Positions 16,716-26,290 are shown, counted from the stretch's first letter. The stretch: DNA of 32,000 nucleotides from Paenibacillus algorifonticola (GCF_000971975.1 NZ_LAQO01000003.1:175181-207180); one strand, 5' to 3'. The notes: generated from the letters alone by a model not told the origin. Program-made: numbers and translations.

Positions 16716-17228
16716 ATGATTTCAGAACAAGACTTGAAGCATTTACAACGCTGTGTGGAACTTGCGCGAGTTGCACTAGTAAACGGAGATGAACCGTTTG
16801 GTTCCCTTCTAGTCGATCAACAAGGTAATGTGTTGGAAGAAGACTTTAATCATGTTTCTGGGGGTGATCCTACCCAACATCCAGAATTTGCTTTGGCACG
16901 ATGGGCTGCTAAGCATATGACACCAGAGGAGCTCGCACAAGCAACTGTATATACTTCTGGGGAACATTGCCCGATGTGTGCAACTGCTCATGCTTGGGTT
17001 GGATTAGGCCGTATTGTATATGCGAGTTCCTCTGCTCAACTAGTTCAATGGATGAATGAACTAAACGTCCCCCCAGCGCCTATCTACAATTTGTACATTC
17101 AGGAGATCATTCGCAATGTGAAAGTTGATGGTCCTATACCTAAGTTATCTGACCAAATCAAAGCACTACATGTTGAACTGCACCAACGAACAAATGAGAG
17201 TACCTCTATAATAGAAGAGAAAATTTAA
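16716..17228 (+). CDS. CDA-fold nucleoside/nucleotide deaminase (guanine/cytidine deaminase-like)
   Basis: 170 aa. Zinc-binding H-x-E (QHPEFALA) and PCxxC (EHCPMCATA) motifs of the cytidine/dCMP deaminase superfamily. Confidence 0.8.
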   Translation: MISEQDLKHLQRCVELARVALVNGDEPFGSLLVDQQGNVLEEDFNHVSGGDPTQHPEFALARWAAKHMTPEELAQATVYTSGEHCPMCATAHAWVGLGRIVYASSSAQLVQWMNELNVPPAPIYNLYIQEIIRNVKVDGPIPKLSDQIKALHVELHQRTNESTSIIEEKI

Positions 17229-17452
17229 ATCTTGCTCGACAATCACTGATGTTGGCATCATTCTTTATAAAGAAAGGTCACTAAAACTTTCTTTTTATAT
17301 TTGAAGATGCTTTAAAAGGAACCTTATTTGCGAATATATATTGATTGCGGTTCCAGTTTTTCAAATCGCCATAGTTACGCTATCCTGACCGTCAGCTAAA
17401 TGAATTAGCTGGCGAAAATCGATTAGACATATGCCTAATCGGTAATCGGACT

Positions 17453-17579
17453 ATATTCTTGTCCATTACGGCAATCGGTACAAGTTCTTGTCCTTGGCTC
17501 GGGACACGAACTTGCGATAAAACAAAAAAAGCCGCTAAATTAGCGACTTTCAATGGGAATATGTTCTTGTCCCCCGACA
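17453..17579 (-). repeat. solo transposon-end-like repeat, copy B (GGACAAGAAC family)
   Basis: On the minus strand it reads TGTCGGGGGACAAGAACAT..., with further GACAAGAA(C/T) sites at 17482-17493 and 17453-17464 and an inverted site forming a palindrome (17482-17513). About 100 bp aligns with copy C at roughly 90% identity by eye. Confidence 0.6.
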
Positions 17580-17584
17580 TCTAC

Positions 17585-17628
17585 AATACCACATGGCGTG
17601 CCATTACAGTGGCACGCCATGTGGTATT
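17585..17628. terminator. perfect 18-bp stem hairpin between convergent transcription units
   Basis: AATACCACATGGCGTGCC (17585-17602) pairs with GGCACGCCATGTGGTATT (17611-17628) around an 8-nt loop. It lies 19 nt past the stop of the minus-strand OYE gene. The U-tract is weak on both strands. Confidence 0.5.
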
Positions 17629-17646
17629 TATGTTCTTACTGCTGTG

Positions 17647-18729
17647 TTACTGCCTTTGAGCTTTCACTTCATCCATCGTAGGATAATCTGTATAACCCTT
17701 ACTTCCGGTACCAGCATATAAAGTATTACGATCAACTTCATTTAAAGGGAACCCTACTTTGAGACGTTCCACAAAATCTGGATTAGCCAAAGACCATACA
17801 CCAACGGGTACCAGATCAGCTGTGCCACTATCAATATCTACACTAATATCATCAATAGCACGCCCTGCTCTGTTGACCAATAATGCGTTTGTCCAGTTTG
17901 TGCGAATGTCTTGGAGAAGCTTCTCATTTCCAAGATGCATGACATGAAGGTAAGCTAAATCCAATTGAGCTAATTCCTTTACGAGGTGGAGATAAAGTTC
18001 AGGACCTTGTTCCCCATCTTGTATTCCTCCAAGAGGTGTTCCTGGCGAAATACGGAAGCCGGTTCTTTCTGCTCCAATTTCTTCGATAATAGCTTTCGCT
18101 ACTTCGATCGCGAAGCGACTACGATTTTCTATAGAGCCTCCATATTCGTCTGTCCGTGTATTTGAATTCTCTCCAAGAAACTGATTAATCAGATAACCAT
18201 TCGCTCCATGAATTTCGACGCCATCTGCTCCTGCTTTTATAGCCGCTGCTGCTGCTTTTCGGAAATCAGCAATGGTTGTTTGAATATCCTCTTTACTTAA
18301 CTCCCGCGGAACCGGGATATCCTGCATTCCTTTAGCGGTGAACATCTCCACACCTGGCGCGATTGCAGATGGAGCAACAGGTTGACGATGATGGGGTGTA
18401 TTATCTGGATGCGACATGCGGCCCACATGCATTAATTGGATAAATATATAACCATCAGCTTTATGCACTGCATTCGTAATCTTATTCCAACCTTCTATAT
18501 GCTTTTCAGTATAGATACCAGGTGAATTCAAGTAACCTTGCCCATCATCAGAAGGTTGTGTGCCTTCACTAATGATTAACCCCATAGATGCTCTTTGAGC
18601 ATAGTAAAGGGAGCTTAGTTCACCTGGTGTACCGTCCTCTTCTGCTCTGCTACGTGTCATTGGTGCCATAGCTAAACGATGAGGCAATTCCATTTTTCCG
18701 ATTTTTGTTTTAGTCCACAATTTACTCAT
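17647..18729 (-). CDS. Old Yellow Enzyme family NADH:flavin oxidoreductase / alkene reductase
   Basis: ORF 17647..18738. GAGGAG 9 nt upstream favours ATG 18729 (MSKLWTKT). Motifs LAMAPMTRSRA and EIHGANGYLINQFL are typical of OYE/NemA-type reductases. Confidence 0.9.
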   Translation of the reverse strand: MSKLWTKTKIGKMELPHRLAMAPMTRSRAEEDGTPGELSSLYYAQRASMGLIISEGTQPSDDGQGYLNSPGIYTEKHIEGWNKITNAVHKADGYIFIQLMHVGRMSHPDNTPHHRQPVAPSAIAPGVEMFTAKGMQDIPVPRELSKEDIQTTIADFRKAAAAAIKAGADGVEIHGANGYLINQFLGENSNTRTDEYGGSIENRSRFAIEVAKAIIEEIGAERTGFRISPGTPLGGIQDGEQGPELYLHLVKELAQLDLAYLHVMHLGNEKLLQDIRTNWTNALLVNRAGRAIDDISVDIDSGTADLVPVGVWSLANPDFVERLKVGFPLNEVDRNTLYAGTGSKGYTDYPTMDEVKAQRQ

Positions 18730-18763
18730 TTCGAACAACTCCTCTGTAGTTTAAATTAGTTTT

Positions 18764-19465
18764 TTATTTAGAAAGTTGTGGGTATAACGCTGATACCCCA
18801 CCTGCAAGTGCACCTTGTAGCTTACGACTAATTTCATCTGCGATAATTTCAAAGCTGCCAGATTCTATGCCGTCAATAGCTATTTTCGCGATATCTGCAG
18901 GATTGGATTTAGGCATGTCTACGTTGGCAGTCATGTCTGTCTCCATAAAGCCAACATGTAGACCAGCTACTCTTACATTGCGTGGATATAAATTCAATCG
19001 TAAATCATTCGTTAATGCCCACTCTGCAGCCTTTGCAGCCGTATACGCGCCTAAAGTTCCCGAACTAAACCATGATAATCCGGAAAGAATATTCAAGATT
19101 GATCCTCCCCCGTTTTTCTCTATGATCGGTGCAAATTCCCGAACCATGGACAGTGTACCGAAAAAGTGTGTATTAAATTCCAAACCTATTTTTTCAGAAT
19201 CACCGTCTAGTAAAGACGCCCCTGTTGATGAACCTGCATTGTTAATTAGCACGGTAACATCCTGAGCGATCATAGCAGCAGCTGCAACTTCTTGAGGTTT
19301 GGTAATATCCAACTTAACTGGTGTAACACCTGGAATATCAATAGTCTCCGGGTTTCTTGCACCTGCATACACTTTCGCCCCTCTTGATAGAAGTTCAAGG
19401 GCAAGATGGCGGCCAAATCCCCGGTTTGCTCCAGTAACAAATGCTACTTGTTCAGAAATTATCAT
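18764..19465 (-). CDS. SDR-family oxidoreductase (tandem paralogue 1)
   Basis: 233 aa. TGANRGFG dinucleotide motif, NNAG, and the YTAAK catalytic Y-x3-K. AAGGAG RBS. Confidence 0.9.
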   Translation of the reverse strand: MIISEQVAFVTGANRGFGRHLALELLSRGAKVYAGARNPETIDIPGVTPVKLDITKPQEVAAAAMIAQDVTVLINNAGSSTGASLLDGDSEKIGLEFNTHFFGTLSMVREFAPIIEKNGGGSILNILSGLSWFSSGTLGAYTAAKAAEWALTNDLRLNLYPRNVRVAGLHVGFMETDMTANVDMPKSNPADIAKIAIDGIESGSFEIIADEISRKLQGALAGGVSALYPQLSK

Positions 19466-19525
19466 TTTTATTGTCTCCTTTGTTCTGTTTTTAAGTGAAA
19501 TTCCTTATTATTACTGCCCCTTATT

Positions 19526-20224
19526 TTAGGAAAGTTGGGGGTATAGTGCAGCTACACCACCGGCAAGTCCACCTTGTACTTGACGACTAGCATCATCCGC
19601 AATAATTTCAAAATTGTCAGATTCTATACCATCAATCGCTGCTTTTGCAACGTCCAAGGGGTTAACTTTGGGAACTTCTAAGCCCGATGTCATGTCTGTC
19701 TCCATATAGCCCACATGTAACCCCGCTACTCGAATATTTTGAGAGTGGAGATTTAAACGTAGGTCGTTCGTCAATGCCCATTCTGCAGCTTTTGCAGCCG
19801 TATAAGCGCCCACAGTACCCGAACTGTACCAAGACAATAAGGAAAGAATATTCAGAATCGAACCACCGCCATTTTTAGTCATAAGTGGTGCAAAAGAACG
19901 AACCATAGAAAGAGTACCAAAGAAATGCGTGTTAAATTCTAAGTGTATTTGATCTAGATCTCCTTCAAGTAAAGAAGCACCTGTTGACGATCCCGCATTG
20001 TTTATTAGAAGTGTTACATCCTGAGCGATCTTAGCAGCTTCAATCACCTCTTGAGGATTGGTAATATCCAGTTTCACGGGGATTACACCTGGGATATCAA
20101 TAGATTCTGGATTTCTTGCTGCTGCATAAACTTTTGCTCCTCTGGACAGAAGTTCTAGCGTTAGATATCGACCAAGACCTCGGTTGGCACCAGTAACAAA
20201 TGCGACTTGTTCAGAAATTTTCAT
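19526..20224 (-). CDS. SDR-family oxidoreductase (tandem paralogue 2)
   Basis: 232 aa, colinear with 18764..19465 and about four-fifths identical by eye. Same TGANRGLG / NNAG / YTAAK motifs. Confidence 0.9.
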   Translation of the reverse strand: MKISEQVAFVTGANRGLGRYLTLELLSRGAKVYAAARNPESIDIPGVIPVKLDITNPQEVIEAAKIAQDVTLLINNAGSSTGASLLEGDLDQIHLEFNTHFFGTLSMVRSFAPLMTKNGGGSILNILSLLSWYSSGTVGAYTAAKAAEWALTNDLRLNLHSQNIRVAGLHVGYMETDMTSGLEVPKVNPLDVAKAAIDGIESDNFEIIADDASRQVQGGLAGGVAALYPQLS

Positions 20225-20344
20225 TTTTATTACTCCTTTTTATTTTGTAGTATAGTATTCCAATTCCAAAACAACATTTTCTGGATTCTTCTCATTACGA
20301 AGATACAATTTCTTATTAGATGGAGGGATATGTTTTATAGTATA

Positions 20345-20358
20345 AGAATGATCATTCT
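20345..20358. promoter_or_regulatory. candidate TetR operator, perfect palindrome AGAATGATCATTCT
   Basis: A 14-bp perfect palindrome in the 248-bp gap between the TetR gene (20473..21051) and the SDR-SDR-OYE genes. Related copies lie at 20416, 21089, 26277 and 26939. Confidence 0.5.
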
Positions 20359-20415
20359 ATATTTGGTAAAAAGAAGGATCTCTTCAAGAAGAAAACTTTG
20401 TTGGTTCAATATATT

Positions 20416-20429
20416 AAAACGATCATTCT
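20416..20429. promoter_or_regulatory. candidate TetR operator, second copy (AAAACGATCATTCT)
   Basis: Shares 11 of 14 positions with the palindrome at 20345, in the same intergenic region. Confidence 0.4.
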
Positions 20430-20472
20430 AAAAATTATAAACATTGATACATAAAGGACAATTAACCTATAA

Positions 20473-21051
20473 CTATTTAGTTAAAAGTTTTATAGAGATG
20501 TTGGCTGTACGTTGCAGGTTCTCTTTAGGAATGGAAGTTCTCGCCATTGCCCTCAACCCAATACCCACCACATTCAGATGTTCTGCCAGTACTGAGGCAT
20601 CATAATCTAGGTTTAATTCTCCATTCTCCTGTCCCCACAAAATAATATCCTTGAACAGTTGCTCTGCTAGTGTAAATGATTCAGTGGCCTTTGAATCCAC
20701 ATCTACATCGCGCATAGCTAATTCCACGGCAGAATTCACCATTAAACAACCAGAAGGTGAATCTTCATTCCCATATATCATGTAACTAATAATCAATTGA
20801 AGAGCCTCAACAGCCGTCTCAGAGCCTTTAACTACTCCTGCAAGCTCGCTATTTATTTTAGTTCGAAATCGATCCATTGCTTTCAGAAACAACGTATGTT
20901 TGTCGCCAAAGGTGTCATACAAACTTCTCCGATGGATACCCATATGCTCAACTAGATCCGTCATTGATGTCTTTTCATAACCTTGTTCCCAAAAGAGCTT
21001 CATTGCCTTATCTAGTACTACATTTTCTTCAAATTCTTTGTAACGTGCCAT
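20473..21051 (-). CDS. TetR/AcrR-family transcriptional regulator
   Basis: 192 aa. N-terminal HTH (GYEKTSMTDLVEHMGIHRRSLYDTFGDKH). GGAGGAGGG RBS. Lies upstream of the SDR-SDR-OYE genes on the same strand. Confidence 0.9.
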   Translation of the reverse strand: MARYKEFEENVVLDKAMKLFWEQGYEKTSMTDLVEHMGIHRRSLYDTFGDKHTLFLKAMDRFRTKINSELAGVVKGSETAVEALQLIISYMIYGNEDSPSGCLMVNSAVELAMRDVDVDSKATESFTLAEQLFKDIILWGQENGELNLDYDASVLAEHLNVVGIGLRAMARTSIPKENLQRTANISIKLLTK

Positions 21052-21088
21052 TCTGGTTCCCTCCTCCCGTATTCAATATAACATATTG

Positions 21089-21102
21089 AGAACGATCGGT
21101 AA
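21089..21102. promoter_or_regulatory. candidate TetR autoregulatory half-operator (AGAACGATCGGTAA)
   Basis: Lies 38 nt upstream of the TetR start. The 24-nt block CATATTGAGAACGATCGGTAA is nearly identical to the reverse complement of 26277-26300, upstream of the paralogous TetR pseudogene. Confidence 0.4.
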
Positions 21103-21181
21103 AGAATAAAAATGTTATTGCTAATCCATTCAATATCACAAGCAATGAAAACGAACTATAGTCCGTAAAAAATGTATAAGA

Positions 21182-21970
21182 TTAGTTTTCCTTATTACCT
21201 TGCTTAAGAATCATTTGACCCCAAGTATGCGTGATAAAATCCGGGGCGAACTTCATTGAAAAGCGCATAACTTTGGTAAAACCTACGTTCACGCGTAGTT
21301 TATTTCTCAACATGCCTTTAATACCAACATTAACAAGCTTTGTTAAGGGGAAAGAGATCAATTTATTCATCAATCCTTCATCATAAGTGTCCGTGAGATT
21401 GGTTTCAGAAATAACTGGTGGACAAAGCTCCATCACATGAATATTTTTTCCTTTGTAACGGATTTGCTCACGTAATGCATCACTGAACATGTGTATGCCA
21501 GCCTTCGTTGCAGAATAAGTCGGTGCGTTGGCTACTGTAATATTAGCAAGTAGTGAAGTAACGTTAACAATCATTGCCTCTCTTTGTTTGGCTAACAGTG
21601 GCAACAAAGCCTTGGTCACATATATTGTACCATTCAAGTTTGTGTTGATTTCTGAAATAAGATACTCGTAGGTAATACTTTCATCGAATAAGTCAAACTC
21701 GTTTATGATACCAGCATTATTGAAAACAATATCCAGTTTGGGATAATGTTTAGCTAATTCTTTGGCAAGTTGCTCAACGCTTTTAGCATCACTAACATCA
21801 GCTACCATCCCAATGATTCCAGGATTGTTCTTTACTGCTTGATCAATGCGTTTTTGTGAGCGCCCTGTGATGATCACTGTGTTTCCCATCTCATGAAAAC
21901 GTTTTGCAAAAGCAGAGCCAATTCCAGACGTGCCGCCTGTCACCAGTATCGTTCTATTATTCAATTTCAT
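21182..21970 (-). CDS. SDR-family oxidoreductase
   Basis: 262 aa. TGGTSGIG, NNAG and YSATK motifs. Its start overlaps the stop of the upstream MDR gene by 4 nt. Confidence 0.88.
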   Translation of the reverse strand: MKLNNRTILVTGGTSGIGSAFAKRFHEMGNTVIITGRSQKRIDQAVKNNPGIIGMVADVSDAKSVEQLAKELAKHYPKLDIVFNNAGIINEFDLFDESITYEYLISEINTNLNGTIYVTKALLPLLAKQREAMIVNVTSLLANITVANAPTYSATKAGIHMFSDALREQIRYKGKNIHVMELCPPVISETNLTDTYDEGLMNKLISFPLTKLVNVGIKGMLRNKLRVNVGFTKVMRFSMKFAPDFITHTWGQMILKQGNKEN

Positions 21971-22977
21971 TCTTCATCATCTACTTTCAATATGACTTTC
22001 CCTTGACTATGGCCTGTCGCAATTTTAGTAATTGCGGCATTCACTTGATCAAAGGGGTACTCAGAATCAATTACCGGCTTAGATTTTGCTTTTTCAAGAT
22101 ACTGTGTGAAAGCTGCTAATTGCTTGCCACTTGGTTGAACGTATATGAAATCATAACTTTTATTATGCCATTTCGCTAGCCCATCAAAAGGCAACCCCAG
22201 TAAACTGAAAAGAATCTTCTTCGCCGTTGACAAGTCTGCGCTTCGTTTAGCGAAACGGGCATTGGGACCAGCATTTAACGACAATAATTTACCACCGGGC
22301 TTTAATATTTTAATTTGTTTACTAATTTCACTGGCGCCCCGGGTATCAATAACATAATCATAGCCTCTCAGTATGTGAGTATAATCCTGCGTTTCATAGT
22401 CGATAAACTCATCTGCACCGAGTCGATTGGCCAAATCACGCGCTGATCCACTACCACTGACGGTCACAAACAGTCCTTGTGACTTCGCGTAAGGTATGGC
22501 AATCTGTCCAAAGCCCCCCGTACCTCCAGAGACAAATAATTTATTGCCTTGTTGAGCACCTAAAATATCAAGTGCTTGGATGATCGTCAAAACAGACAAT
22601 GGTACGGCTGCTGCTTCTGTAAAGGAATGATTAGCTGGTATTTTAGCCACAATAGATGCATCTACTGCGACATATTCAGCGAACGCTCCCATTGTATCTA
22701 GCGGTGGCATAGTGTACACGAAATCACCTGTTTTGAAATTTTGGACACCGGTACCGACTTCAACCACAACTCCAGCCAACTCGTTGCCTAGAGTCAATGG
22801 AAAGTTGTAATGATCGAACAACTTAACTTTTCCTGTAATCGCCAAGACAAGGTGTGGATCAACACCGGCTGCCTTAGTCTTGATCAGAACCTGAGTTGAT
22901 GTGATTGATGGAACATCGACTGAGTTGATTTCCACTTCAAGTGTTTTGGAATATCTAGAAATTTGTGCAGCTTTCAT
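21967..22977 (-). CDS. MDR-superfamily NAD(P)H quinone oxidoreductase-like dehydrogenase
   Basis: 336 aa. GroES-like N-terminal domain and a GGTGGFGQIAIPYAK cofactor loop. AAGGGGAG RBS. Confidence 0.85.
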   Translation of the reverse strand: MKAAQISRYSKTLEVEINSVDVPSITSTQVLIKTKAAGVDPHLVLAITGKVKLFDHYNFPLTLGNELAGVVVEVGTGVQNFKTGDFVYTMPPLDTMGAFAEYVAVDASIVAKIPANHSFTEAAAVPLSVLTIIQALDILGAQQGNKLFVSGGTGGFGQIAIPYAKSQGLFVTVSGSGSARDLANRLGADEFIDYETQDYTHILRGYDYVIDTRGASEISKQIKILKPGGKLLSLNAGPNARFAKRSADLSTAKKILFSLLGLPFDGLAKWHNKSYDFIYVQPSGKQLAAFTQYLEKAKSKPVIDSEYPFDQVNAAITKIATGHSQGKVILKVDDEE

Positions 22978-22989
22978 TAGGTGCTCCCC

Positions 22990-23991
22990 TTAAAATCGGA
23001 TAATGACTTTTCCTTTAGGATGACCAGTCGCAACAAGCTTCAGAGCCTCATTAATATCTTCAATGTGGAATTCAGTCGGGTCCACCGCTGGTACAATCCC
23101 GTTATCTTCAATAATCTTCGTAATTTTCTTTAATTGTTCGCCATCACTGCGAACAAAAATGAAATGATATTGAATCTTCTTTTTCTTCGCTTTGTGATCA
23201 TACTTAGCCCCGGCAATGGTGAAGAGCTTTTGTTTCCAACCTGGCAAGCCCATATGCTCGGCGAAACGTTTGTTAGGGCCGGTCCGCAGAGAAAGAAGGC
23301 GACCTCCTGCTTTAATAATGGAAAGTTCATGATCAAATTCGCTTGGTCCCAACGTATCCATCACATAATCTACATTACTAAGCTGCTCCCAATAATTCTC
23401 AGTCGTGTAATCAATATATTGGTCTGCTCCAGTCGCCATTGTCCGTTCACGCGCTTGCGGATTTCCACTAACGATGACCCTCAGCCCCATGCTTTTGGCG
23501 ATAGGAATGGCCATTTGGCCAAATGAACCAGAACCCCCGGGAATAAACACGCTTTCGCCAGCTTTGGCAGCCAATTCTTCATGCAAACCTTGATAAGCAG
23601 TCAATCCTGTTAATGGCGCAGCAGCACCGGTCACAAAATCGAGATTAGCGGGCAAGTGCCCGATGGCATCCGCATGAATCGCCGCGTATTCCGCAAAGGC
23701 ACCGATTTTTTGTAGTGGCAGGCGTGAGTAAATTGCATCGCCAACTTTAAATCCCTGGACGTTCTTACCAACCTTTTCAATAACACCTGTCAGCTCGTTA
23801 CCCAGTACCAACGGGAACTCATAATCCTGGATCAGCTTCACGCTCCCGGTACCAATGAGCAATTCCAAATGATTAACCGCCGCTGCTTTCACCTTGACCA
23901 AGACTTCGTTATCACTTATTTCCGGGACTGGAATATCATTGACTTCTACTATGAATTTTTTTGAATATTTGGTAATCTGTGCTGCTTTCAT
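22990..23991 (-). CDS. MDR-superfamily NAD(P)H quinone oxidoreductase-like dehydrogenase (paralogue)
   Basis: ORF 22990..24057, but a perfect GGAGG lies 9 nt before ATG 23991 (MKAAQITKYSKK), which also aligns with the paralogue N-terminus MKAAQISRYSK. Cofactor loop GGSGSFGQMAIPIAK. Confidence 0.85.
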   Translation of the reverse strand: MKAAQITKYSKKFIVEVNDIPVPEISDNEVLVKVKAAAVNHLELLIGTGSVKLIQDYEFPLVLGNELTGVIEKVGKNVQGFKVGDAIYSRLPLQKIGAFAEYAAIHADAIGHLPANLDFVTGAAAPLTGLTAYQGLHEELAAKAGESVFIPGGSGSFGQMAIPIAKSMGLRVIVSGNPQARERTMATGADQYIDYTTENYWEQLSNVDYVMDTLGPSEFDHELSIIKAGGRLLSLRTGPNKRFAEHMGLPGWKQKLFTIAGAKYDHKAKKKKIQYHFIFVRSDGEQLKKITKIIEDNGIVPAVDPTEFHIEDINEALKLVATGHPKGKVIIRF

Positions 23992-24177
23992 AATTAATAG
24001 CCTCCTATGCGCTGAATAATAAGTAACATTTATTTGTTTTTGTAACTTATGTGACAAGCATAATGCCAGAGGTTACAAAAGTCAACAATTGTTACTCATT
24101 GTTTTATATGCTAAAATACAGGCAGGTGTATAAACGATTATTGGGGATTTATTGAAGAAAGAAGGGTTGGCAGCACA

Positions 24178-24726
24178 GTGGCTAAAATCACACAAGAGCT
24201 CATTATTGAAACAGCGGAGACATTAATTGAACGCACGGAAAAATCCGAAGTGACCCTCTCACAAATTGCGGATGAATTAAGTATCACCCACGCAGCGCTT
24301 TATAAACACTTTAAAAATAAGCAAGAGCTCTGGGCAGCCGTGTCGAAGAGCTGGTTCAACCGGATGATTTCAGAACAAATCAAAATAGACATGACTAATA
24401 TGGCTAATCCACAGGAATTGCTCCACGATTGGCTTTGGGCATTTGCTAACGCAAAAAAACGTGCCTATAACGAGAATGCCAAAATGTTCGCCTTGAATAC
24501 GCAATATGTTGACAGCAATCCACTGGTATTACGTGACGTTCTCTGGGATTCCTACCAAATTATTGACGGCTTCATGGACTATCACGATCCCCACTTGGAA
24601 CGGGCAGAAGCGATTCTCTCCGCGTTTGCGGTGTTTAGCCTCCCGTCCTTCAAAGAATCCTGGAATTTACCAGACTACCAGGACAGGTTTGAACGCATCT
24701 GGAGTTTAATCAAACAGGGTCTCTGA
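24178..24726 (+). CDS. TetR/AcrR-family transcriptional regulator (divergent from the MDR/SDR operon)
   Basis: 182 aa with a GTG start. HTH SQIADELSITHAALYKHFKNKQEL. The divergent 186-bp intergenic region contains the palindrome AACAATTGTT. Confidence 0.85.
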   Translation: MAKITQELIIETAETLIERTEKSEVTLSQIADELSITHAALYKHFKNKQELWAAVSKSWFNRMISEQIKIDMTNMANPQELLHDWLWAFANAKKRAYNENAKMFALNTQYVDSNPLVLRDVLWDSYQIIDGFMDYHDPHLERAEAILSAFAVFSLPSFKESWNLPDYQDRFERIWSLIKQGL

Positions 24727-24983
24727 ATCCAAACCTCTAGTTGGATTCAAAAAAACCGCAAAAGAACTCTCTCTAAAACCAAGAATGTCCAAACCCTTTT
24801 TGGAGCTTCGTCGAATTCCAAATTCATCGTGAATCCCTTTTTTTCGTAGAGATATAGCAGTTGGATATACTAATCCGCATTCATCAGGGGTTCACCTAAA
24901 AAACAAAAGCAACTTAACCGCAGACAAGTCGTTTTTTAACGTTTTTATTTTAAAATACTACTTTGTAATTATCATTTCATTTC

Positions 24984-25510
24984 TTACCGCTTCACCTTAT
25001 AAAACTCATGATACAGCTTCATCAGCGCTCTTTTCTCAATCCGCGACACATAACTCCGCGAGATCCCCAGCTCCTTCGCAATCTCCCGCTGCGTCCGCTC
25101 TTCCCCGCCGGTGTCCAAGCCAAACCGCCCCACTACAACTTCCTTCTCCCGGTCATCCAGAATGTCGAGATTGCGGTAAATCTTGCTCTTCTCGATCTTC
25201 AGATCGACTTCCTTAACAATATCATCTGCATCGGAACCAAGGATATCGATTAGGGTGATCTCGTTACCTTCCTTGTCCGTCCCTATAGGGTCATGCAGGG
25301 ATACGTCCTTTTTGGTCTTTTTAAGCGATCTCAAATGCATCAAGATTTCATTCTCTATACAACGGCAGCAAAAGTAGTCAGCTTCGTCCCCTTGTTCGGG
25401 CGGTAGCTTTCGATGGCCTTGATCAGCCCGATGGTACCAATGGAGATGAGATCCTCCATGTCTTCACCGGTGTTGTCGAATTTCTTGAGGTTATGGACAC
25501 GGGTGCGATG
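24984..25510 (-). pseudogene. sigK: sigma-K (sigK) homologue, 5'-truncated and frameshifted
   Basis: 24984..25343 encodes ..[75 protein letters not shown], near-colinear with B. subtilis SigK regions 2.4-4. Another frame, 25355..25510, encodes [41 protein letters not shown]. The two parts are offset by a missing base near 25362-25366. Similarity stops at a TGA (25511-25513), so about 60 N-terminal residues are absent. Confidence 0.8.
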
Positions 25511-25735
25511 TCAAACACAATTATATTCACACTCAGCATTTTACAGATCGAACGTATGAAAGAGGGGTAGAATCTGTACAGTGTTAAAGGCTGGCTTTCG
25601 CCTGAAGGAGAGCTTTGGTGTACTCTGCGAGCTGATGCTATATCTTGCCATTGGCGGTCAGGGCCGAATCTTCGTGCTAGAATTTAATCCTAACCAGTCT
25701 CGCACAGCCACAAAGGGGGAAAAGAAAAAAAACAA

Positions 25736-25784
25736 ACAACCGCCTCTCCACACATTAGTGTACAAGAGACGGTTGTTTTGTTCT
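25736..25784. terminator. bidirectional rho-independent terminator-like hairpin (stronger on minus strand)
   Basis: ACAACCGCCTCT (25736-25747) pairs with AGAGACGGTTGT (25765-25776), 12 bp with one mismatch. The plus-strand trail is TTTGTTCT. The minus-strand trail is TTGTTTTTTTTCTTTTCC. Confidence 0.5.
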
Positions 25785-26276
25785 AAATAGCGTGAAGGCT
25801 TTTTACATAACAAACCCTATATTTAGCGCTCTGGATCAAAACAGCAAGAAAAGTACTTATTATTATTAACACGAGTATCGCTGTAGCTTTGTTATTATTC
25901 ACCCCAGCCATTATAAACGTTTACTCTACATCATCAGAAGAATTCCGAATTTTATTTCATTCAAATCATAAAAAGGAAATCCAATTGATAGAGAAAACTA
26001 TCAAATATCAACATCTTCCATTTCATCTTTATAGAAAAGAAAGTTTACAAGACTCAAAGGATTTTAATAAACTATCTATCCTAGTTGTTAAAACTTCGTA
26101 TAGTAGACTTACTTTTGAGGAAGTACAGTCATTCATTAGTAAAATGCCTATATATTTTAGTGACCATATATAAGGGAAAGTAATCATAAAATGGAAACGA
26201 TTTTCTTCACGGTGCAATCCGTAATGTACACATAAACCCCATTGCTGCGGGCTGCAGCTCAATTCAAAACAATACT

Positions 26277-26290
26277 TTACCTATCGTTCT
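26277..26290. promoter_or_regulatory. candidate TetR half-operator upstream of the TetR pseudogene (rc AGAACGATAGGTAA)
   Basis: Mirror image of the 21089 site, embedded in the conserved block CATATTGAGAACGAT. Confidence 0.4.

Noticed and set aside
17269-17296. AAAGAAAG/CTTTCTTT hairpin as terminator of the deaminase gene
   Set aside because: The stem is only 8 bp and entirely A/T-rich, too weak to call from sequence alone.
18867-19529. Plus-strand ORFs (132 aa and 76 aa) inside the tandem SDR genes
   Set aside because: They are antisense shadows of strongly supported SDR coding frames.
22990-24057. Long form (355 aa) of the MDR dehydrogenase starting at 24057
   Set aside because: A perfect GGAGG lies 9 nt before the internal ATG at 23991. 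The paralogue N-terminus aligns from that Met. The 22-aa extension has no counterpart.
24721-24760. Hairpin GAATCCAA..TTGGATTC after the TetR gene as a terminator
   Set aside because: On the plus strand the stem is followed by an A-run rather than a U-tract. On the minus strand the T-run precedes the stem. It is not a canonical intrinsic terminator.
25889-26173. 94-aa ORF in the AT-rich region, and the antisense ORF 26029..26262
   Set aside because: It has a TTG start without an RBS, no motifs and an AT-driven composition. The evidence is too weak to call either strand coding, though a small foreign gene cannot be excluded.
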